Assembly (NCBI RefSeq): GCF_902713615.1
Contig: NC_052160.1
Coordinates: 137,248,737 to 137,312,736 of the forward strand
From: Scyliorhinus canicula
Lineage: Eukaryota
DNA length: 64,000 nucleotides
Direction: 5' to 3'
Each line of letters opens with the position of its first letter. Position 1 is the first letter of the stretch. The position numbers and the translations under genes were made by a program. This document shows positions 25,801 through 37,800 of this stretch, piece by piece. Below the pieces are notes generated by a model. It was not told the DNA's origin and ran no database searches. It saw nothing but the letters and a program-made list of their open reading frames with translations.

Positions 25801-28800
25801 CGCGAGAGGTAAGACAGTCGGGACATTGAAAAGAGCGCGAGAGGTAAGACAGCTGGGACATTGAAAAGAGCGCGAGAGGAGAGACAGCTGGGACATTGAA
25901 AACAGCGCGAGAGGAGAGACAGCCGGGACATTGAAAACAGCGCGAGAGGAGAGACAGCCAGGACATTGAAAAGAGCGCGAGAGGAGAGACAGCCAGGACA
26001 TTGAAAACAGCGCGAGATGTAAGACAGTCGGGACATTGAAAACAGCGCGAGAGGAGAGACAGCCAGGACATTGAAAACAGCGCGGGAGGTAAGACAGTCG
26101 GGACATTGAAAAGAGCGGGAGGGGACACATTGAGAGCGGCGGGGTGCCAGTGGGAGCAAAGATAATATAAGGCGGGAACCGGAAGTACGACCCGCGGACT
26201 TCTGGGAAGGATTTTCTCCTAGCCAATAAATTGTGGTGGAGAGGATACCCGAGACACTACACGTGTAGTGTCTCCCACCCGCCCTCCTCCTCTAACCTAA
26301 TAATAAGACCCATTGGGGTGGGCAGGGAAGTGCTATATTATATTATTATTTTTTTATTTGTTTTATATTTGTTTACCAGAACTTGGTTGAAATTAAGTGG
26401 GATGGCAGGGAAGGTAGTGCAATGTTCCTCCTGCAGGATGTTTGAGGTGAGGGATGCCGTTAGTGTCCCTGCTGATTTTACCTGCAGGAAGTGCAGCCAG
26501 CTCCAGCTCCTACAAGACCGAGTTATGGTACTGGAGCTGGAGTTGGATGAACTTCGGATCATTCGGGAGGCAGAGGTGGTCATAGATAGGAGCTTCAGGG
26601 AAGTAGTTACACCAAAGACTGGAGATAGATGGGTAACTGTAAGAGGGATTGGGAAGAAGCAGTTCCCTGCGGTCGTTCCCCTGAGTAACAAGTATACCGT
26701 TTTGGATACTTGTGGGGGGGACGACTTACCAGGGGTAAGCCATGGGGTGCGGGACTCTAGCACGGAGTCTGTCCCTGTTGCTCAGAAGGGAAGGGGGGAG
26801 AGGAGCAGAGCATTAGTAATTGGGGACTCAATAGTCAGGGGCACAGATAGGAGATTTTGTGGGAGCGAGAGAGACTCACGTTTGGTATGTTGCCTCCCAG
26901 GTGCAAGGGTAAGTGATGTCTCGGATCGTGTTTTCCGGGTCCTTAAGGGGGAGGGGGAGCAGCCCCAAGTCGTAGTCCACATTGGCACTAACGACATAGG
27001 TAGGAAAGGGGACAAGGATGTCAGGCAGGCCTTTAGGGAGCTAGGATGGAAGCTCAGAGCGAGAACAAACAGAGTTGTTATCTCTGGGTTGTTGCCCGTG
27101 CCACGTGATAGTGAGACGAGGAATAGGGAGAGAGAGCAATTAAACACGTGGCTACAGGGATGGTGCAGGCGGGAGGGATTCAGATTTCTGGATAACTGGG
27201 GCTCTTTCTGGGGAAGGTGGGACCTCTATAGACAGGATGGTCTACATCTGAACCTAAGCGGCACCAATATCCTGGGGGGGAGATTTGTTAGTACTCTTTG
27301 GGGGGGTTTAAACTAATTCAGCAGGGGCATGGGAACCTGGATTGTAGTTTTGGGGTGCGAGAGATTGAGAGTAGAGAGGTCAGGAGCACAGATTTGACTT
27401 CGCAGGAGGGCGGCAGTGTTCAGGTCGGTGGTTTGAAGTGTGTCTATTTCAATGCCAGGAGTATACGAAATAAGGTAGGGGAACTGGCAGCATGGGTTGG
27501 TACCTGGGACTTCGATGTTGTGGCCATTTCAGAGACATGGATAGAGCAGGGACAGGAATGGTTGTTGCAGGTTCCGGGGTTTAGGTGCTTTAGTAAAGTC
27601 AGAGAAGGGGGCAAAAGAGGGGGAGGTGTGGCGCGGCGAGTCAAGGACAGTATTACGGTGGCGGAAAGGATGCAAGATGGGGACTCTTCTTCCGAGGTAG
27701 TATGGGCTGAGGTTAGAAACAGGAAAGAAGAGGTCACCCTGCTGGGAGTTTTCTATAGGCCACCTAATAGTTCTAGAGATGTAGAGGAAAGGATGGCGAA
27801 GATGATTCTGGAAAAGAGCGAAAGTAACAGGGTAGTTGTTATGGGAGACTTTAACTTTCCTAATATTGACTGGAAAAGATATAGTTCGAGTACATTGGAT
27901 GGGTCGTTCTTTGTACAATGTGTGAAGGAGGGTTTTCTGACACAATATGTTGACAGGCCAACAAGAGGTGAGGCCACTTTGGATTTGGTTTTGGGTAATG
28001 AACCAGGCCAGGTGTTAGATCTGGAGGTAAGTGAACACTTTGGAGACAGTGACCACAATTCGGTGACCTTTACATTAGTGATGGAAAGGGATAAGTATAC
28101 CCCGCAGGGCAAGAGTTATAGCTGGGGGAAGGACAATTATGATGCCATTAGACATGACTTAGGATGTGTAGGTTGGAGAAGTAGGCTGCAAGGGTTGGGC
28201 ACACTGGATATGTGGAGCTTGTTCAAGGAACAGCTATTGCGTGTTCTTGATCAGTACGTACCAGTCAGACAGGGAGGAAAGGGTAGAGCGAGGGAACCGT
28301 GGAATCTCTTGTTAAGAGGAAAAAGGAGGCCGATGTGAAGATGAGGCGTGAAGTTTCAGTTGGGGCGCTTGATAGTTACAGGGAAGCGAGGAAGGATCTA
28401 AAGAGAGAGCTAAGACGAGCAAGGAGGGGACATGAGAAGTCTTTGGCAGGTAGGATCAAGGAAAACCCAAAAGCTTTCTATAGGTATGTCAGGAATAAAA
28501 GTATGACTAGGGTAAGAGTAGGGCCAGTCAAGGACAGTGGTGGGAAGTTGTGTGTGGAGGCTGAGGAGATAAGCGAGATACTAAATGAATACTTTTTGTC
28601 AGTATTCACTCAGGAAAAAGATAATATTGTGGAGGAGAATGCTGAGACCCAGGCTATTAGAATAGATGGCATTGAGGTGAGTAGGGAAGAAGTGTTGGCA
28701 ATTCTGGACAAGGTGAAAATAGATAAGTCCCCGGGGCCTGATGGGATTTATCCTAGGATTCTCTGGGAAGCCAGGGAAGAGATTGCTGAGCCTTTGGCTT

Positions 28801-31800
28801 TGATTTTTAGGTCATCATTGGCTACAGGAATAGTGCCAGAGGACTGGAGGATAGCAAATGTGGTCCATTTGTTCAAGAAGGGGAGTAGAGATAACCCCGG
28901 TAACTATAGGCCGGTGAGCCTAACATCTGTGGTGGGTAAAGTCTTGGAGAGGATTATAAAAGATACGATTTATAATCATCTAGATAGGAATAATATGATT
29001 AGGGATAGTCAGCATGGTTTTGTGAAGCGTAGGTCATGCCTCACAAACCTTATCGAGTTCTTTGAGAAGGTGACTGAACAGGTGGACGAGGGTAAAGCAG
29101 TTGATGTGGTGTATGGATTTCAGTAAAGCGTTTGATAAGGTTCCCCACGGTCGGCTATTGCAGAAAATACGGAGGCTGGGGATTGAGGGTGATTTAGAGA
29201 TGTGGATCAGAAATTGGCTAGTTGAAAGAAGACAGAGAGTGGTGGTTGATGGGAAATGTTCAGAATGGAGTTCAGTTACGAGTGGCGTACCACAAGGATC
29301 TGTTCTGGGGCCGTTGCTGTTTGTCATTTTTATAAATGACCTAGAGGAGGGAGCAGAAGGATGGGTAAGTAAATTTGCAGACGACACTAAAGTCGGTGGA
29401 GTTGTAGACAGTGCGGAAGGATGTTGCAGGTTACAGAGGGACATAGATAAGCTGCAGAGCTGGGCTGAGAGGTGGCAAATGGAGTTTAATGTGGAGAAGT
29501 GTGAGGTGATTCACTTTGGAAAGAATAACAGGAATGCGGAATATTTGGCTAATGGTAAAATTCTTGATAGTGTGGATGAGCAGAGGGATCTCGGTGTCCA
29601 TGTACATAGATCCCTGAAAGTTGCCACCCAGGTTGATAGGGTTGTGAAGAAGGCCTATGGTGTGATGGCCTTTATTGTAGAGGGATTGAGTTCCGGAGCC
29701 ATGAGGTCATGTTGCAGTTGTACAAAACTCTAGTACGGCCGCATTTGGAGTATTGCGTACAGTTCTGGTCACCTCATTATAGGAAGGACGTGGAAGCTTT
29801 GGAACGGGTGCAGAGGAGATTTACCAGGATGTTGCCTGGTATGGAGGGAAAATCTTATGAGGAAAGGCTGATGGACTTGAGGTTGTTTTCGTTAGAGAGA
29901 AGAAGGTTAAGAGGTGACCTAATAGAGGCATACAAAATGATCAGAGGGTTAGATAGGGTGGACAGCGAGAGCCTTCTCCCGCGGATGGAGGTGGCTATCA
30001 CGAGGGGACATAGCCTTAAATTGAGGGGTAATAGATATAGGACAGAGGTCAAAGGTGGGTTTTTTACGCAAAGAGTGGTGAGGCCGTGGAATGCTCTACC
30101 TGCAGCAGTAGTGAACTCGCCAACATTGAGGGCATTTAAAAGTTTATTGGATAAGCAAATGGATGATAAGGGCATAGTGTAGGTTAGATGGCCTTTAGTT
30201 TTTTTCCATGTCGGTGCAACATTGAGGGCCGAAGGGCCTGTACTGCGCTGTATCATTCTATGTTCTATGTTCTATGTTTTGTTCTTGATATACCTATAGA
30301 AAGCCTTAGGGTTTTCCTTGATCCTATCCGCCAACGACTTTTCGTGTCCTCTCCTCGCTCTTCTTAACTCTCCCTTTAGGTCCTTCCTGGCTAACTTGTA
30401 ACTCTCAAGTGCCCTAACTGAGCCTTTATGTCTCATCCTAACATAAGCCTTCTTCTTCCTCTTGACAAGTGCTTCAACTTCCTTAGTAAACCACGGTTCC
30501 CTTGCTCGACAACTTCCTCCCTGCCTGACAGGTACATACGTATCAAGGACACGCAGTAGCTGTTCCTTGAAAAAGCTCCACATTTCGATTGTACCCATCC
30601 CCTGCAGTTTCCTTCCCCATCCTATACATCCTAAATCTTGCCGAATAGCATCATAATTGCCTTTCCCCCAGCTATAATTCTTGCCTTGCGGTATATACCT
30701 ATCCCTGCCCATTGCTAAAGTAAACATAACCGAGTTGTGATCACTATTACCAAAGTGCTCACCTACATCTAAATCTAACACCTGGCCGGGTTCATTACCC
30801 AGTACCAAATCCAATGTGGCCTCGCCCCTTGTTGGCCTGTCTACATACTGTGTCAGAAAACCCTCCTGCACACACTGTACAAAAACTGACCCATCTATAG
30901 TACTCGAACTATAGTATTTCCAGTCAATATTTGGAAAGTTAAAATCCCCCATAACAACTACCCTGTTACTCTCGCTCCTGTCGAGAATCATCTTTGCAAT
31001 CCTTTCCTCTACATCTCTGGAACTATTCGGAGGTCTATAGACAACTCCCAACAGGGTGACCTCTCCTCTCCTGTTCCTAACCTCGGCCCATACTACCTCA
31101 GTAGACGAGTCCTCAAATGTCCTTTCTACCGCCGTAATACTTTCCTTGATTAACAATGCCACACCTCCCCCTCTTTTACCATCTTCTCTGTTCTTACAGA
31201 AACATCTAAATCCTGGAACCTGCAACAACCATTCCTGTCCCTGCTCTACCCATGTCTCCGAAATCGCCACAACATCGAGATCCCAGGTACCAACCCATGC
31301 TGCAAGCTCACCCACCTTATTCCGGATGCTCCTGGCGTTGAAGTAGACACACTTCAAACCAGCGTCTTGCTTGCCGGTGCCCTCTTTCGAACTTTTAACC
31401 CTATCCCTGACCTCACTACTCTCAACATCCTGAACACTGGGACTACAATTTAGGTTCCTATCCCCCTGCTGAATTAGTTTAAACCCCCCCGAAGAGCACT
31501 AGCAAATCTCCCCCCCAGGATATTGGTACCCCTCTGGTTCAGGTGAAGACCATCCTGTTTGTAGAGGTCCCACCTACCCCAGAACGAGCCCCAATTATCC
31601 AGGAAACCAAAACCCTCCCTCCTGCACCATCCCTGTAGCCACGTGTTCAACTCCTCTCTCTCCTTATTTCTCACTTCGCTAGCACGTGGCACGGGTAACA
31701 ACCCAGAGATAACAACTCTGTTTGTTCTAGCTCTCAGCTTCCACCCTAGCCCCCTGAATGTCTGTCTCAAATCCCCATCTCTCTTCCTACCTATGTCGTT

Positions 31801-34800
31801 GGTACCTATGTGGACCACGACTTGGGGCTGCTCCCCCTCCCCCTTAAGGATCCCAAAAACACGATCAGAGACATCACGAACCCTGGCACCTGGGAGGCAA
31901 CACACCAACCGTGAGTCTCTTTTGTTCTCACAGAACCTCCTGTTTGTTCCTCTAACTATGGAATCCCCAATGACAAGTGCTCTGTTCCTCTTCTCCCTTC
32001 CCTTCTGAGCAACAGGGACAGACTCTGTGCCAGAGACCTGCGCCCTATTGCTTACCCCTGGTAAGTCGTCCCCCGCAACAGTATCCAAAACGGTATACTT
32101 GTTATAGCGGGGAACGACCACAGGGGATCCCTGCACTGCCTGCCAGTTCCCTCTCCCTCCCCTGACGGTAACCCATCTACCTTCTTATTTTACCTGAGGT
32201 GTGACTACCTCCCTATAACTCCTCTCAATAACCTCCTCCGCCTCCCGAATGATCCGAAGTTCATCCAGCTCCAGCTCCAGGTCCCTAACGCAGCTCTCGA
32301 GGAGCTGGAGTTGGGTGCACTTCCCGCAGATGTAGTCAGCAGGGACACTAGAGGTGACCCTTTCCTCCCACATTCTGCAGGAGGAACATTCAACTGCCCT
32401 AGCCTCCATCCCAACTGAACTAACTACCCAACTACTGAAAAATAAAAATAAAAAACTTGTTAGTTTAGCAATCCAATGGACAGAACTTTTTTTTTGGTTA
32501 GAGGAGGAGGATGGGTGGGAGACACTACGTAAGTAGTCTTACGTAGAGACAACTCCCAACAGGGTGACCTCTCAGACTCAGATGTTGTCTTTAAATCAGT
32601 GTCTAAACAACTCTGGGCGGGATTCTCTGATCCTGAGGCTAAGTGTTGACGCCGTCGTAAATGCATTGCGTTTCTTGACGGCGTCAACACGGCCTCAGGA
32701 TCAGCAATTCTGGCCCCTGCAGGGACCAGCACGGCACTGGAGCGATCCTCGCCACTCCAGCTGCTGATCCCGGCATCAACTGGGTGCCGTGGAGACCGCG
32801 TGGAGTTAATCTCGACCAGCATCTCCAGCAGTGCAGCAAAAGGTCAGAGCTTGGCAGTGGTTCTGGCTCAAATATAATTTTTCAAAACTATTTGGGCCCA
32901 GTAGCCAATGATATCAGAGCATGGTGCTCAGGATCAGGATGTGCTGACATCTACAGGAAAACTGCAGGTTACAAGTGAAATTTTTATTTGTTGCTGAAAT
33001 TCTTCTTCTATGTAAGAAGTCTTAAAACACCAGGTTAAAGTCCAACAAATTTGTTTCGAATCACTAGCTTTCGGAGCGTAGCTCCTTCGTCAGCCAGAGG
33101 AAGGAGCTGCGCTCCAAAAGCTAGTGATTCAAAACAAACCTGTTGAACCTTAACCTGGTGTTTTAAGACTTCCTACGGTGCCCACCCCAGTCCAACGCCA
33201 GCATCTCCACATCATGACTTCTTCTTCTCTCACAGCTACAGCAAGAGCCAGCATTGGTATTGGGCCAAAGTCAACATTTGCAGATGTTACTTTATATTGT
33301 TCAAAGAGAAAATTAATTTCTAGCCGGGATTCTCAGTCAAAACTCCATTTATTCCCACTGGAGCGGTGAATCCCGCCAGCGGGAACAGATGGGGAATTCC
33401 GGCCTCTGTCTTCTTTCTGACCTTATTGATGTCTCTTGTCACAACCAATAGTGGACATGCTACTGACCACTCTGTGGAAAATTAGACCAGTATAACCCAA
33501 TATGCTAATACCATTCATAATTCAGACCAGGGTCATTAGTTTATGTTGATTCAGTAATTCGGATTTTTGTACATGGAATTCTGAGATTTTCGTTGCCAAG
33601 ATGGAATGGTAGAATGTCACAGCCCAGACAGAGAAAGTTCAGACCATCATTCTTGCACTCGCTCTCTGAACGAGCGTCTACTTAGTCCCATTGTCTTTTA
33701 CCACCCGCTCCCAAATTTGCTTCTTTTAACTTCCCTTTGAAAAGTTATTGTTGACTTTCTCTCACACTCATTATAGTCGGCATTTTCATGTCATTTCCAT
33801 CAATAAAATTCTCTGCGTTTTGCCTTTTGTCATTTTGGTTATGAGCTTATGTTTACGCTCTCATGTTGCTGACTTACTGACTGGGCAACAAAGTTGGTCT
33901 CAATTTACCCTGAGTTTCTCCCACAAGAGGAACATCCTTTCCACATCCATCCAGCCAATACCCCTCAGGATCACACAGAGCCCACTTGACCAGGACCCGA
34001 ATGGACTCTTCCCGGCGGTGGAGGACAGATGTGAATGGTGCCATGGAAGCTCGGCCAACCACGCCCACATGTTCTGGTCTTGCCCCAGACTTGCCGGGTA
34101 CTGGACAGCCTTCTTCGAGGAAATGTCCAAAGTGGTGAGGATGAGGATGGAGCCGTGCCCGAGAGTGGCAGTCATCGGGGTATCAGACCAGCCAGATCTC
34201 CTCATCGGGAGGAGGTCCGACTCGATTGCCTTTGCCTCCCTGATCACCCGCCAAAGAATCCTGCTTGGCTGGTCGTCTGCAACACCACCTAAAGCTGCAG
34301 ATTGGCTGTTCGACCTATCAGAGTTTCTCCAAATGGAGAAAATGGAATTCGCCATCCGTGGGTCGAGAGAGGGCTTCCACAGAACGTGGGAACCATTCAC
34401 CCGACTGTCCTGGGATCTGTTGGCAACCAGCAACTAGGGAGCCAAGGATCAAGAGAGACAGTAGCCAAGACACAAAAGGGGAGAAGGGAGGAGGGAGGGA
34501 AGAGGGTTCAGAGAAATAGGAAAGCACAACCAAACCCAACAGGAGAACCGGGGGGGGGGAGTGGGGGGGGGGCAGGAACAACAACAGTGGGAGCCAGGAG
34601 GGAGAAAAGAGAGGAGAACACAGGCAGGAATGGAGACACAGGGGACCACAATGGCCACAGCAAACACAGCAAAGAAAAGACAAAAGAGCGAAAAGGAGAA
34701 ACGAGGAAGAAATCCATGTAAACAGCAAAAAAGGATCGCGATGTAAATATCTTTAGGGATACCGCTGAGGTACCCTTGCAAAATTCGTATAGAACATAGA

Positions 34801-37800
34801 ACAGTACAGCACAGAACAGGCCCTTCGGCCCTCGATGTTGTGCCGAGCAATGATCACCCTACTCAAGCCTAACGTATCCACCCTATACCAGTAAACCCCC
34901 CCCCATTTGGTACTGGCTTCACAAATGGGGACCAGATGGATTGGCTCTGATGGGGTCTCCAAGTACACCACATCACATACCACATGAGATTAGGTTAATG
35001 GTGAAGTATCCATGGGGAATAAGTGCATAGTATGAGGTATCACCAATAATAATCCCAAATGTGTTGAGGAACTATTGCAACATCATGATGTAAATCCAGC
35101 CACCATTTTCATTCTGATGAGCTACCTTCCAAAGTAACGGATTTTTATTTCTTTGACCAAAATGTGTTGAGGTGGGAGGAGGGGGTGGGGGTTGTGGGGG
35201 GGTCGGTGGGGGGGGGGGGGGGGGGGGTGTCAGATTTTATGGAGCTCAAAAGAGCAGGAAACGTGATGTGTGTGGGAAATTGTGATTGGGGGCAGATGCA
35301 GTAATAAAATCAGAGGCATGCACAGTAGGGCAGCCCGGTAGCACAGTGGTTAGCACTGTTGCTTCACAGCGTCAGGGTCCCAGGATCGATTCCCGGCTTG
35401 GGTCACTGTGTGTGTGGAGTCTGCACGTTCTCCCTGTGTCTGCGTGGGTTTACTCCGGGTGCTCCGGTTTTCTCCAACGAATCCCGAAAGATCTGCTGTT
35501 AGGTAATTTGGACATTCTGAATTCGCCCTCAGTGTACCTGAACAGGTGCCGGAATGTGGCGACTAGGGACTTTTCACATTGCAGTGTTAATGTAAGCCTA
35601 CTTGTGACAATAAAGATTATTATTATGCTTGTAGCATGTCGAGCCTCCCATCAGCCTGTGGCATGTTCTGACGGTGCAGCGCGCCCCCACCGGCAGGGGG
35701 ATTCTCCGTCCCGGCAGCCGGCCAATGGGATTACCCATTGTGGGCACCCCCACACCATAGGGAAATCCGCAGGCATGAGTGCGCTGCCAGCGAAGCGGGT
35801 GATCCCGCCGACAGAGGGTCCAGCCAACGTCCTTTCCAATGCATAGGAGGGAGGGCCAGCTGAGCCTGCAAGTTCAGCCACGTCTCAGAGAGTTGCAACA
35901 GCAACGCCGGCATCTCCACATCAACACTCAGTAAAGAGTCAACAAACTAATTGCAACACTCTTTCTTCCACAATAAAGGAAATGGCCCTATCTTTACTGT
36001 AACTACCACATATGGTAACCATGAGGTGTACCAGTCTGTGACTAATTTCAGTCTCTGCCTGGTATAGTGTCGACAAATAACGTCAACATACACATGAATA
36101 AAGGGAAACCAATGTAATGTGAAACATTTACAGGTGAATGAAATTTTTCCCCGTGCTACCTTTGCTCTCAAATCTTATGTTGATAGCAAAGGAGTTGGGC
36201 AGGAAATTTGTGGTTTTGACGTAGGCATTCCCTGTTTGACCGCCTGCTGATACAACATTGCCAGCCAATGGTGGGTTTCACCACCACCAAATCAAACAAA
36301 GGCTCTCCCTCGCGCATAACATTTTAACTGTAATTGAGTGGGAAAAGGCAAAGAGAGAGAATCAGAGTGGCACTGGGAATGAAACCTGTGGACAAAATTC
36401 CAGCCGTGTGTCTTTCCTATGAAAACAGCGCTACACAGAACACCAGCAACAAGAACATTGTACCTTGGCGTAGATGTGGATGGGGGATGTGTAGTTGCTG
36501 GTGATACTGTTGAAGAACTTTCACAAGAATATCCAGTTCCTGTTGAAACAAGACAACAACATTCAGATTCACCTCATTTTCACTCGTCGTTAACTGAGAG
36601 ATCATCATTGTGAAATGGAAGCGATAACAAGAGATTGGATGATAAAGAACAAAGAATAATACAGCACAGGAACAGGCCCTTCGGCCCTCCAAGCATACGC
36701 CGATCTCGTGTCCTATCTAGACCAAACACTTGTATCCTTCTATGCCCACTCTGTTCATGTGCCTATCCAGATAAGCCTTAAAGGTTGCTGACGTATCTGC
36801 CTCAACCATCTCACTTGGCAATGTATTCCAGGCCCCTACCACCCTCTGTGTAAAAAACTTCCCCCGCAAATCTGCACTGAAACATTCCCCTCTCACCTTG
36901 AACCTGTGCCCCCTTGTAATTGTCATTCCCGCCCTGGGAAAAAGCCTCCAACTGTCCACCCTATCAATACCCCTCATAATTTTATAAACTTCTATCAGGT
37001 CGCCCCTCAGCCTCTGTCTCTCTAGGCAGAACAATCCCAGTTTATTCAATCTTTGTTTACAATTGAAGAAATTTTGCCTCACCTCCATTTTAAATGGATG
37101 ACACCCTGGGCGGGATACTCTCAGCCCGGGGCCAGACCAGAGAAACGGCGCGACCGGCGCGAATCGCGCCATGCTGCCCCGACGCCAGGACACGATTTCC
37201 CGCAGAGCGAAGAACTGGCGCCTTTGCCGGCGGTGTGGTCGGTGCGGTGCCGGTTACTGCCGTTCCAGGCGGCACCCCACCCCCGTCGATTCTCGGCCCG
37301 GGATGGGCCGAGCGGCCGTCACAAAATGCCCGAGTCCCGGCGGCGCCGTTCTAATCTGCTCCTAGCCGGCGGGACTTCAGCGTGGAAGGGTCCGGGGGCG
37401 GCCTGTGGAGGGGGAGGGGTGTCTGACCCCAGTAGGGGGGGGCTCCATTATGGCCATTTCATATGAAAAATGCAAATCAATGACCTTGTTTAGAACGGCT
37501 GACAAACCAAATGAAGTGAATTTGGTCAATTCCCCGAATTCAGAGTGACTGACGAAACTTAACCTGCGACCAGTTTGGATCAACATTAATTAAAAGTTCA
37601 ATTGTTTACAGTAACACTTACCATTGCTGCTGATTTTCGCCACATAACTGCAGTTCTGCTCTGAAAGGCTGATGACCGACACATTCACCATTTGACTGGA
37701 TTGTTTCCCCTGAGTATTTGAGGCTGTGCAGTAATATCGATGCTGTTGCTGTTTGAAGGATCGACAACGGAGATCCAGTTCATTGGTGTCGGAGATCTTT

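Larger units (their letters stand above)
25121..30276 (+). mobile_element. Inner full-length CR1 inserted antisense into the outer CR1
   Basis: 5' tandem array, 5'UTR, ORF1, ORF2 and (TTCTATG)n tail; both junctions fall within about 3 nt of each other in the outer ORF2. Confidence 0.9.

Noticed and set aside
25114-26226. Long repetitive ORFs (336-487 aa, [13 protein letters not shown] repeats) and a possible CRISPR-like array
   Set aside because: These are translations of the 35-bp tandem repeat (three units give a 35-aa period). There are no unique spacers and no cas genes, and the context is eukaryotic.
34302-34850. Overlapping hydrophobic and charged ORFs resembling membrane proteins
   Set aside because: Low-complexity purine-rich L1 3'UTR.
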